A DNA stretch of 64,000 nt, from assembly GCF_964204865.1 (NCBI RefSeq), contig NC_135259.1, positions 6,076,001-6,140,000 of the forward strand, given 5' to 3'. Below are positions 53,001 through 64,000 of this stretch, one piece after another. Below the pieces are notes generated by a model. That model made no database searches, was not told where the DNA came from, and saw only the letters and a list, made by a program, of their open reading frames with translations. Position 1 is the stretch's first letter; each line of letters starts with the position of its first letter. Both the position numbers and the translations under genes were made by a program. Origin of the DNA: Styela clava (Eukaryota).

Positions 53001-55989
53001 AATGGAAGAGCTAAAAACTCGTCTTGTAAATGAATTGCAGAGAGATGGTGCTTGGGTCGAGAATAAAGGTAAGGTGCCTTTAAATCGGCGAGAAGGTTGG
53101 AATATTATATATCCAAATACTGTACCTGGAATAGGAAAAGGGCTTAGTTAAGTCATAATAATAGTCTCTCGTCACTTTGCTGTCCCAATTAAGTGTGCGT
53201 GGACGATGAAAGACTCGAAAAAAGTTGTTATATAAACCGGATTTAATCACATTGAGTATGTACTGTATTAGTTTGTTTTAGGTTATACAAATTTAGTCAA
53301 TAACCTTGTGATCTGCGGATTGTTTCAAAGCTGATATTTTGCATATAGGCTCTTTTCTTGCAAAGGTCATTTTATCCCTTCTGAAGGTCTGGCTGTATTC
53401 GTGATTCTCGGAACTCATAATTTCATTCTGCCATTTTTTGCAATTTGTTTACGCCTATGCATTTGTGATTTTATTCAACAAATACTTCCCTTATACAGAA
53501 AATTATTTATCTGTTTTCAGGATTTGTTCTGACTTATCATGTCCGAAAAGTTCCAAACCATCTCAGAGGGGATTTGCTGAAACAGGCTACTCAACTGATA
53601 GTCGAATATGGATTCAAACCTGGAAATGTAAGTTTGACAAATTTATGAATAATACTACAATTAGGGTTTAGTGTTGACATTATTACAAAATACCACATAT
53701 GTAAACATTTCCGTATTTTTAATACAAGGCAGTTCGCAATAAGCTCTGAACAAGCGACTGTAAAACAGTGCTTCGATGGTGTAAGAAATATGTGGTGTAT
53801 CATAATATGCGTTAATTACATTTGGTTGACGTGATGAGCATCGCCTTTGTGGTGAAATAACTAGGATTCAAAATCAACCCCTCAATACCGCCTGAATGAA
53901 ACGTAGTTGAATCAGTGTGGTTAGTGTTTGTTTGTGGGTAAGCACTAGGGTTACCATATTTTTGTGACTTCAAATCGGGACGCCTCGGAAGACAACGACC
54001 CCTTAGCTGTGATTTTGTAACTTCACATTTTCCAATTTTACTACATAGGCCTACATTCCTACATTTAAAGCTGTCTCGGCTGTTTTTATTGACCATATTG
54101 TTATCGGAATTTCATGCGCATATTCTCCGTCCAAATATCGGGTTCAGTTCGAAAAATAGGAAGGAATTGACTGACATTAACGATACCGGACACCGGTACA
54201 AATAATTCGAATTTAGACTAATTAGTATTGGTTTTTACATGGGTCTGCCATCAATGGGAATCAGCGGGAAACGAACGCATTCACCTTCAGTAAGTAGGCT
54301 AGCGCTGCGCTACACAGAAGCAACAGTAACGAAAACATGTTTGTGTATTATGCTGGAAAAGCGGGACTTTTGGTTGACTTATCGGGACGGCGGGACAAAA
54401 CGCTGAAAAGCGGGACTGTCCCGCCCAAAGCGGGACGTATGATAAGCCTATAAGCACACAACTAATCAGGATACTCGAGTATATTATGGATATAACATAG
54501 ACATCATAAATCACAGCACTAAGCGGCATATAGTACAGCAAATTGGAGGAAGCTCAACAGTGACATCAAGCGACCTAAATAAGGCAATAATAAACACGTC
54601 ATAAACATCATCTTACAGTGAGTCGATTCAATGACATGTTTCATGTCACTGGTCGCCATCTTGCTGGCAAAATATTTTCGACAGCTACCGTTGAGTCCCA
54701 GCCATTGTTGATAAAATGTTGAAATACATGTTTGAATTTTCTTCAATTTTTCAGGCTCTGTGTGCTGTTGAAGCAAAACCACCAGTGGTATGGGACAAAG
54801 GACGTGCTTCAATCCATATACTGAGAACGACTTTCGGGGTGGATTGGAATGAAAGGGTTCGAGTTATTTATGCTGGAGACGATACTACAGATGAAGATGC
54901 CATAGCACAACTTAAAGGTTAGTTAGCAAAATGTGACAGTATATTACAACGGTACTATAGATATTTCGTATTATGAATATTTCCATTTATGCTCATTTAA
55001 GAATCCGATACCATAATAAAGCATTGCTGGTATTGATTGAAGTCGCTCGGTGAGAAAACAGGTGTTTTTATTTAAAGAACAGTCAACTCCCCGAATCGAT
55101 TTGTAAAAATAAATGCCGGATTTTCTGCATGTCAAAATCATCTCAAGTCCAACATTATTGGACACGTCAGTGTACATAATGATCGTTTCAATACTATGTT
55201 GTTGTTGTTATTATTCTTCTCTTTCGTCATGATGAAATCGCTTTTCTCTTCGAATACTGGACTAATTGCTTTGAAATTTTCAGTGGTTAAAGATTGATAT
55301 TTTTGCCAGAAGGCCATTACTTTTACTTTTTCCAAAAATTTCTATGGGCTTTAAGAGATTCGTTTTTTATGTGTCAGAATAAAAAAATAGCGACATCTTG
55401 TGACGTGTTCATATATTTGAGCCCAGCTCTCTTGTATTAAATATTACCAACGAAATTTCTTCTTTCTTTCCCAAAATTTTCTTTCCGATTTTATATATAG
55501 ATCATGAAATACTGGGCCCTGAAAGACCATGCCCATGTTTTGTGGCCCGATAAAATAATAAATATCACTTTTTAAAATGATAATTAACCAATTTATATGA
55601 ATTCTGTTCCAGGTCTTGCCTTCACGTTTCGAGTTACAAGTCATCACCGCAGAATCCGAACGGCTGCAAAAAGACGACTTCCCGGCACTGACTCTGTCTT
55701 GATGCTTTTGAAGTGGATTGAGCGTCACGTTGGAAGAAGGAGCGCTAGACCTACACCCTCTGTATCGCCCACACTAACGCCATCGTCCTCGTTTTGCGAC
55801 TATGTACCAAGCACAGTCATTGAAACAAATACAACAGACTGTTTCGTTCCGGCAATTGCTAATAGTGCAAACATGCCGGCACCAAAAGTAGCCAACAGCG
55901 AAACGCCGCTTCCTTCCTCTATCGTCGCGTTGAACGGATTATCAGACTTACTCACAGCGAAGCCAAAGTATGAAGTCGATGCATGTTGA
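47095..55989 (+). CDS. TPS1: Bifunctional trehalose-6-phosphate synthase/phosphatase (GT20 OtsA + HAD OtsB fusion), 850 aa, 17 coding exons
   Basis: Exons 47095-47102, 47496-47649, 47739-47837, 48022-48168, 48288-48350, 49409-49579, 49958-50114, 50616-50739, 50986-51091, 51222-51404, 51896-52133, 52339-52479, 52675-52832, 52912-53068, 53521-53627, 54755-54917, 55613-55989 (2553 nt, in frame). Motifs VVSNRLPF, SAGGLV, WVGWPG, YYNGCCN..FWPLFH, WIHDFHL, FFLHIPFP, GVDRLDYTKG, PLRDGMNLVAKEFVA; phosphatase motifs LDYDGTL, VSGR, YAGSHG, WDKG, GDDTTDED. Confidence 0.95.
53946..54450. mobile_element. Non-autonomous DNA transposon in TPS intron 15
   Basis: TIRs tagggttaccata / tatgataagccta; perfect 7-bp direct flank taagcac (53939-53945 and 54451-54457); subterminal cgggac repeats. 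Confidence 0.75.
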
Positions 55990-56428
55990 CTAAATTTCCG
56001 AATGAAGCGAAGATTTCAAAACAACATTGGAAATTATTTTTAACACACTGAAATATCAATGCAAACTTTTGGATAACTTTCCAGCGGTTTCGAAATGAAC
56101 GAACATGAATATCAGCCGACTGAATTGATGTGTAAATAAACTATGCCTGCAATTCAGATTTTATATTAGCATGCAAAAAAACAATTGTGACGTAATCAAG
56201 AGTAAAATTATATCTGATCCATATTACGCGTCGATGCTACAAATGCATTATCATAAAATTTTCTGATACAATTTCATCTTAACTTTACTCGAGCAACTTT
56301 AAAAAAAGGGGGAATTCAGATGCAAGTTGCGAATTTTAATTGAGTCCCATATTTAGACGTCGATAGGTGAAATTCTTCTTGGTGTCCGATTTTGATTCCG
56401 ACCAGGGAATGGTACGAGGAAAAATTTA

Positions 56429-57251
56429 GTTATAGGCTACATATCAACCCAACAGGACTGCAGTCGAATGGCAATCGTTGGCGACAATCTTCAGCACTTT
56501 TGAATACATTTGCTGCTGCTTTATATTTTGAAGCTGTTAAAACAATTTATATATATATACACATATAAAGGGTCTGTTATCGTTTTTGATTTTTTTTACT
56601 GAGTTATGTATTTTTTAATAATAATTTTTTTAATCTGGTAGTCATGTATTATATATAAAAAAATGTGTGACTAGTTTTAAAATGAAATATGGATTATTAT
56701 ATTAGTACAAACATACACCATTTTATTTGTTTAATGAAAAATTATTGATAAAACAATAGATCTGTGCATTTTTTTACTTTTTACCTTTAAAATATATGTT
56801 ATGTCGTATAATAAAGAAAATAACTGAAATAACGAATCGTTATAGGCTACATATCAACCCAACAGGACTGCAGTCGAATGGAAATCGTTGGCGACAATCT
56901 TCAGCACTTTTGAATACATTTGCTGCTGCTTTATATTTTGAAGCTGTTAAAACAATTTATATATATATACACATATAAATGGTCTGTTATCGTTTTTGAT
57001 TTTTTTTACTGAGTTATGTATTTTTTAATAATAATTTTTTTAATCTGGTAGTCATGTATTATATATAAAAAAATGTGTGACTAGTGTTAAAATGAAATAT
57101 GGATTATTATATTAGTACAAACATACACCATTTTATTTGTTTAATGAAAAATTATTGATAAAACAATAGATCTGTGCATTTTTTTACTTTTTACCTTTAA
57201 AATATATGTTATGTCGTATAATAAAGAAAATAACTGAAATAACGAATCGTT
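56429..57251. repeat. 410-bp tandem duplication in the TPS 3' UTR/flank
   Basis: 56429-56838 is repeated at 56839-57248 with 3 substitutions and gtt microhomology. Each copy contains AATAAA (56810, 57220). Confidence 0.95.
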
Positions 57252-57675
57252 TTTTCGAAGAATTGGTGTCTTATTTATTTTGATCTGGTCATATAATTAT
57301 TTTAAATTTGTACAGTTTTATTGGAGAATGGATAGATAAATGGGACTCTATATACCCGGGAAAATGATACAGCTAGTCCCGTTTAACAGCGTATTGGGAG
57401 TACGCGAATTAAATCACTTTTATCAAAGAGAATTCATGGTTACTCATAATAATTTCAGGATTAAGGTATAGAGAACTGTTACAGATCTCTGCCGGTCACA
57501 AGTTTCATCTAAAACATTGTGGCCAAGTCATTCATCGCACAAAATAGTGTGAAAAACCGTAACCGACTACAGTTCACGTGTATCGCACTGCGCCAGAGAG
57601 TGAATAACCTAGATTTATTTATAAAATATCATCAATAGAGCATAGGCATATCATGGCGGGTAGTGTCGTCATGAC

Positions 57676-58871
57676 AAAGGATGCTAAGTATGACTACTTA
57701 CAAGTATTCGATTCTTATCCGATTCCTGAATTTTCGATTCCGAATCTTGATTCCTCGACATATCTTACCGAAAAAACATACCCACTTAAGCAATACCATA
57801 TAAAATCGAACAAGAGAGCGATGTTCAAATATATGAACATATAGACCAAAACTAAAATCGTACACAAAAATCGTATCCCTTATACTTTAGAGCCCACAGA
57901 AAATTTTGAAATACATAAATTAAACATAATAGCCTTCTAGAAAAAAAATTACAACTTTCAACCACTGAAAAGTTCAAAGCAATAGTACTAGTAGGTGAGA
58001 AAAGTTATTTTTTTATGACAATAACAAGAAAAAGAATTTTAACAACACGAACATACGAACATAACAAAACGATATGTCCACTTCGAGTTCAAAAAATCAC
58101 TGTCGTAGCAAACAAAAATATATTGCAATCTAAAGTCCAATTCGTTCACATGCCTTCTTGTGAGTCTCGATTGCAATTTGGAGACAATATATGCTCCACT
58201 GAGCTAAATGCTCTTTCTGATGCAGCGGATGTTGATGAGACACAGAGGTACTTTTGGACAAAAACTGCGATGTTTGGATAATATTTTTTGTTTTGTTGCC
58301 ACCATTGCAGCATTTCTTTTTGGGTCGCTGATATGCCAACATTTCTGTCATTCAAATATTTTGATATCTCAACTGAAGCCTCCACCTCCCTGGTCAATTC
58401 ACCAATGTCGCTACCCCTTGATTCAAAGCTGTCAATAGTCAATACCATCATTGATGAGATTTTCAATATATGCTTGATATGTTCTATTGAAAAGCTATTT
58501 TGCTATTCCGGTTGTGGTGTAAACATTGTATACTCAAATTTGCAACATGCGTTTCACTTCACCTAATGCATTTTGCTTCAAATAAATAGGAGGTATGAAT
58601 GCAATAGGTAAGACAAAAAATATACAAATGAAATGTGGCATATGTCCTTGACGCGGGCAAACGAGCGAATGGGAAGGGAGTGTGTAGAAATATAGTGAAG
58701 TTTGCGACGTCGTAGCAACTTCACATAGAGGTTCATACATATATGTGTCACAAAACGTTATACTTTGTTTGCAATCGATGTTTTAACTCTAAGAATCGAT
58801 TCCAAGTCATCGGAATCGATTCTAGTCGAATCCACTAAGAATCGAATCCTGATTCGATTCCGCCATCCCTA
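57676..58871 (-). mobile_element. Internally deleted hAT (Ac/ZBED-type) transposon retaining the C-terminal dimerisation domain
   Basis: Perfect 8-bp TSD gtcatgac (57668-57675 and 58872-58879); Ac-like terminus tagggatg; gattc/gaatc subterminal repeats; ORF 58146-58466 EISKYL...LQWWQQNKKYYPNIAVFVQKYLCVSSTSAASERAFS is a hAT dimerisation domain. Confidence 0.88.
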
Positions 58872-60423
58872 GTCATGACCATGTTTTCAGTACCTTGCCA
58901 ATTAAGTCAAGAACATCTAGTGGAATAATTTCACCCAGTAATGCATTGCTCCATTCCTTTGCGAGGGCGAAATGCTTGGTAAAACGACCATTGTCAAATA
59001 CGCGAATTCATTTTAAAGCAGGGATTTCTCGTATTATCTTGCCCTAAACCCCAGCGAATCTCAATAATCGTCTGAGCTATCCATTCTAATTGATTTTAAA
59101 TACACACAATGTCGACAAAAGTTAACTTTTTAATAAAAAGAGTCAAACCAAAAAAGAACAGAATAAGTAATGACAATATTAAGGTGAACTGAAAAATAAC
59201 ATGTAAATTGATAAGTTTTAACAATAGCCCACGGTGCGATTGGGCAAAATACATCCAGTTCTCCAAAGACTGAAATTAAATTCCTTCTACTAATCAGAGG
59301 GCTTAAGTGTGGGCAAATACACTGAAAATAAGCTCAATTAAATATGATGTCACAAACAATTAAAATTCAACAACAGATCATGAAAAGCAAGTAGCATTCG
59401 GATCGTAAGACTGTTTTAACAAACAAAAAATGTAATTGATAAACCAATATGTAGATGGCGATTATACATAAAGAAATAATGGCCGGAAAGCTTGAGTCCA
59501 GTGCAGTTTGATTACTTCAAATTTAATTTCAAAAATACAAATAGTGCAAATGATAAAGTATTTTGTGTTGTGGATTGGTAGGTTTTAGTGTGGACTAATA
59601 TTTTTAGCAAAAAAATCCAACTTCATAAGTAACTATGTTCAAATGAAAACATTACAAAAAACAATTTACAATATATAACTTTTATAATCAAATTCAAAAA
59701 GAAAACAACAAACAACAAAAAGCGCAAAAGTGCAATGTATAAGATTATAAACAATATTATTTTACATTCACTATTAAAAAAACGTTTAAAATGAATTTAT
59801 CATTATTATTATTACAATGTATTCCATTCCATGGCATTTGCATAAAATTAATTTCGGACTTTTTCAATTAAACCACAATGCCCCAAAGAAATATTATTAT
59901 AAATTATAACACTATATATTGTTAAGTATAATGATAAATGTTGTCATTGTTTTTGACGATATGAGCATATTAAATTAATGAATGGTTACTTTTTCGACAA
60001 TGGAAAAAAATGGGGGTATTGAAATGTCAACAATAACCTTTTTCATCAATATTGCCTGGAAGATGGCACAATACTATACAGGAATCACACATAAGCATCT
60101 GTAGTAAGTATTCTGCAATAACACTACATTTGGTTCAGATGCCCAATAATACTGGTGATAATTACATTATTAAAGGTAATGGAAGATACTACCATTATTA
60201 ACAATTTTTGATAATAACAAGAGAAATGCTACTTGAAGAATGAAAAGTGATTTTACAGTTTCATATCATACAATATTTCTGGAAGATGAAAGGACCATAC
60301 ATAAAATATAACATATCATGTTAAATTGCACATACAAAACAAGCTTGGTTCACTTACGTTTGGTGTTCACTTATAAAAATTAACACTTAAAAATGCACAG
60401 AATACAACATTTTTAATCGAATA

Positions 60424-60903
60424 CCGTATTTTCCGTCGAATAAGTCTACCCGGCGAATAAGACGAGGCCTGTTTTTAAGCCTGAAAAAATGGGTTTTTGC
60501 ATATAACCGGCCAATTAGTCGGGGTAGTAAAATCGCATCAACGTCGGGAATCTTAAATTACCATGCAATGCCTTTCGAGCGGTCGCCGCGTTTGCGCATT
60601 GGTTAAAATAGCCTATAATGACTTTTTCTTGTAGCGTAATATTCAATCCATATATATATGATAATGCAAATATGATAATCACAGCATTGAAATTCCAGAT
60701 TCACCGCGCGAGAATGTCGATTTATTTAAACCAACCTGATGAGTACGTGGGGTATGCTATCACCGAAGGTATTTTATTGTCCGGATTCAATAATAAGGCG
60801 ACAAAAAAATGAAAATGCTCATACTCGCCTAATAAGACGACCCCCCAAAAATCTGGCCAAAAATGTGGGTCTAGAAAAACGACTTATTCGCCGGAAAATA
60901 CGG
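60424..60903. mobile_element. pogo/Tigger-like MITE, intact copy
   Basis: ta|ccgtattttccgtcgaataag ... cttattcgccggaaaatacgg|ta; inverted homolog of 26062-27751. Confidence 0.82.
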
Positions 60904-61597
60904 TAAATAATCCGAAGTGGGCCAATATGGAGATGATCTGGACATCTCACACCATGTCGGAAAAGAAGAAACATTCAAACATGTCTCAATTCTCAAACTA
61001 CTAAATAGTCAAAATTTTCAGTTAGGCTTGATTGATATATTCATTACTCATTACTAAATAACTGCTACTGTCTCAAATCAAATCAGTATAGTTGACAACT
61101 TAACAGTGGAATTATTTTGCAAATTTCTATGTGTGAAAAACATAACATTTATGTCAATTTCACTTTACAAGCTTTCAAATGGTCAAAATCATCCAAATAT
61201 TGAGATTTTTCACACCTGATAATTTGCACGAAATTACCTTTCAAACAGCTACAAGCTTTTCCATTTTTTATACAATGAATTGGATATTCCGCCTTGACAT
61301 AATCTTATCGAAGTGTATCAAATTTGAACATTTTATATTCAAGTGCCAAATGCTATTCAAGAACAAGTGCTGAATCATTATGGATGTCAAGAGGAAATCC
61401 AATCTTGCTGGAGTAATAGTAATTTCAAAAAATAACTAACAAAAATTTCTTGGATACTGAAAATATAATGGTAAGGTTTTGTTATATTCAAAACAGTAGG
61501 TGACAGAATGAAAAAAAAAAAAATTATAATTTTGAAGCAGAAAACAAACAATGAGCAGATTTCATTATTGTTGACGGATTGGTTTATTGATGTTATG

Positions 61598-63034
61598 TTA
61601 AAATTTTCCCATAATAACAGCCTTTTCTTCATCTGTGAGTCCATTGCGTAATGTCCGTCGTACTGAAACAGATAAATAAAATTATTCAATTTATACTATG
61701 AATCATGCACTATGAAAATTTACAATCATCAATCTGAATTAAGTGGAAATTTTGTAAAGATTTCATTACATAATACTAAACGTAAATTCACTGAAACATT
61801 TGAGTGATATGGGTCACAAGTTGAGCCATTCTGATGCTTATTTATGGCTCGGCAGTCGAGCATCATGCTGAGCATTGGTAATACATACCTCCGATTACCC
61901 CCCTGTGGGTTCACAGGTTCAAATCCAGTAGGGCATTATTATGTGCGAGATTTCCTCAGAATCCCTCAGAATAAAACTGAAAAGCCTATACTTGGGAATT
62001 GACAAATGATCATAGTCGCAATGTATGCCCATTATGCCAGTATATTTGGTAATAACCCCAGTTTGATTAAAGTTAAGAAGCCTCAGATTCTTGTTTTAGC
62101 ATAAAGTCACAGTACAAGAAATATGATATCATAATACAAGTTTTAGTTAGGTGGAGATAGGGAGATTCTCATACACATGTAGCTATGAGATCGTTTATTT
62201 GAACTTACAAGATTTCCGTGATGCATTTCGAGATCTTTTCCTTCTATGAACAGTTCTTTCTTGTGGAGTTTGTGTGGCAACTTTAACCAATTCATCCATA
62301 ATTTTTTCGTCAGATCGATCGTCAGCAATTGCTTTTCGAGAGTGTCGCCTTCTCACTGGTGCTTCTTCTGCTGGTGGACCACCATTCATTTCGCTATTTA
62401 TAACGTGGCCATTAGCGACTGGAGAAGTTGGTTCTTTCTTAACTGTAGATTATAAAAAGTTGATAAAAATTGTAATTATTGTGGGATATATATTTATAGG
62501 GCGCTTATTCATGTCTCTTTTCACTTCGAGTAAGGCCCTATACAAATTTCAACTGATATTTAACGATATATCAGGAGCTACTATTATTTGGAAGCACTAC
62601 AATTTTTTCTCATTCGACATTGTCTACCCCATTTATTACATCATGGGCATGCTATTTGAACCCAAGATGTAATCTGTGATGCCAACACAGTGAAGTCCAA
62701 AGCATTATTCTAGGTCAAATTGCCTAAGTGAGTCACATCTACAAGTTTAAAAACTGAACTTTTCGCTGTTCAAAACAACTTTTCAATTATATTCGCTTTG
62801 GATTTAAGGTTTACAATGACAGTGCACCATTCAATTGATTATAATCTATCAACTCAGTGCACTTAACTATGGTATGCTTATAAATTAATTTAAATTACAA
62901 TGGTAACAAGACTGACCTCTTGAGCTTCTTGACCGTTGTCTTCTATCAACTCGTACATCTCCTGCACCAAGTTTTAATGCAGATTCCATTTTCATTTGTT
63001 TCACTTGTTCCTCTGTGTGTGAAAATTTTCGCGT
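61598..63034 (-). CDS. FHOD: FHOD-family formin (FHOD1/FHOD3/Fhos-like), last three coding exons including the DAD autoregulatory segment; 5' part beyond the right edge
   Basis: Exons 63034-62917, 62442-62209 and 61662-61598 splice in frame to ...DEKIMDELVKVATQTPQERTVHRRKRSRNASRKSLRRTLRNGLTDEEKAVIMGKF*. This matches the recalled FHOD C-terminus DEIMDxxV...RKRSR.NRKSLRRTLKSGL. Confidence 0.88.
61843..62070 (+). mobile_element. Possible decayed tRNA-derived SINE in the last FHOD intron
   Basis: A-box-like tggctcggcag near 61844 and B-box ggttcaaatcc near 61916; no cloverleaf evident. Confidence 0.4.
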
Positions 63035-63535
63035 CTGAAATGAATAATCATATTTTTGCAAAGAATATGAATATTTATATATTTTCCTTTCCAAAGTCAT
63101 TTCATGCAAGTTTGAAAAACATGATAAATGCATAGTTTATTTTTTGAATCGATTTTATTTATTTATTTCGGATAAATGGTGAACAATCATCACAAGATCA
63201 TATTGGAAAAAGGAATTTTAAAACATTTCAAGTACATAAGGAACAATGAAGGTCCTGAATAGTCACCTAAAAGTATCTTTTCTTTTCATAATAAAGTATT
63301 ACAATATTCAATGCAATGTGGAAAAGAAACTGTACAAAAGTATTTTATGATCCAGAAAATAGTGCTTATGACCTGATGTTGTATGTTATTGAATAAAATT
63401 ATGAAAAAAAAGCTTTGTATGACATTGAAGAGCCTTTTGTTACACGGCTTTATTGATAAAATAAATACGCTTTGTTACAAGCAAAATATAAGAATGATTT
63501 AAAAATTGTATTGTGATATTTCACACATTTTATTT

Positions 63536-63763
63536 CACGGGTGCAACAGACGGCCCGCGGGCCACAACCCAACCAGCCAAGCAAGCCACTTCGTATGGCC
63601 CTTTTAACACTCAGATTTTTCTCCATCAAACATAAAATCTTGATCTGACAAGTTATATTTGTAACTCATTGTGTGCATGGAATAACTAAATTTTCAGTGT
63701 TTCCCAGATAGATGTCTGAGGTTGGTTATACGGCCAACCGACAAAAAACGTTGCACACCCCTG
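63536..63763. mobile_element. Charlie/hAT-type MITE remnant
   Basis: cacgggtgcaac...ggcccgcgggcc start and gttgcacacccctg end; same terminal style as the element ending at 38881. Confidence 0.55.
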
Positions 63764-64000
63764 TTCTAATGCAAATGTTTACTGTAATAATATAATTTTC
63801 ATATAAGTTATTCATTCTGTATAGTGCATATGACGTGCATGAATATGTAAAAGGAAATTATCTCCAAAATTTTGCATTGTGAAACAAAAAAGTGAGATAA
63901 TTTTAAGTGAGAAAAAAATAGAAGAAGTGCAAAAAGAAGATTTTGTGTTATGATAGATACTAACCATGTGAAATACAAAATCATCTGGTTCTTCACTTGC

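Noticed and set aside
47095-55989. TPS as bacterial contamination or a recent horizontal transfer
   Set aside because: Sixteen canonical introns, host-like composition and host transposons within the introns.
57690-58862. Short gattc/gaatc repeats resembling an array
   Set aside because: Subterminal repeats of the hAT element; no repeat-spacer structure and no cas genes, so not CRISPR.
61843-61930. A-box/B-box suggesting a tRNA gene
   Set aside because: Box spacing is too long and no cloverleaf forms; better explained as a SINE remnant.

Overview
AT-rich, intron-containing animal genomic DNA, not prokaryotic. The compact GT-AG introns, gene set and MITE load suggest an invertebrate chordate such as an ascidian (inference only). 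Genes reconstructed by hand from splice sites: a RECK-like exon (minus strand, gene runs off the left edge); a 14-exon secreted ITIH-like gene (VIT + degenerate vWA, minus) head-to-head with a 5-exon heparan-sulfate 3-O-sulfotransferase-like gene (plus); a tandem pair of intronless genes encoding a ParB/Srx-like domain with a C-terminal CxCTIL prenylation box (minus); a 17-exon fused trehalose-6-phosphate synthase/phosphatase (plus); and the last three exons of an FHOD-family formin (minus, runs off the right edge). A near-perfect 6.03-kb tandem duplication lies just upstream of TPS and a 410-bp tandem duplication lies in its 3' flank. There are many non-autonomous or decayed DNA transposons (hAT, pogo/Tigger-like, palindromic MITEs). 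The strongest candidate for an undescribed system is the pair of membrane-anchored ParB/Srx-like proteins.
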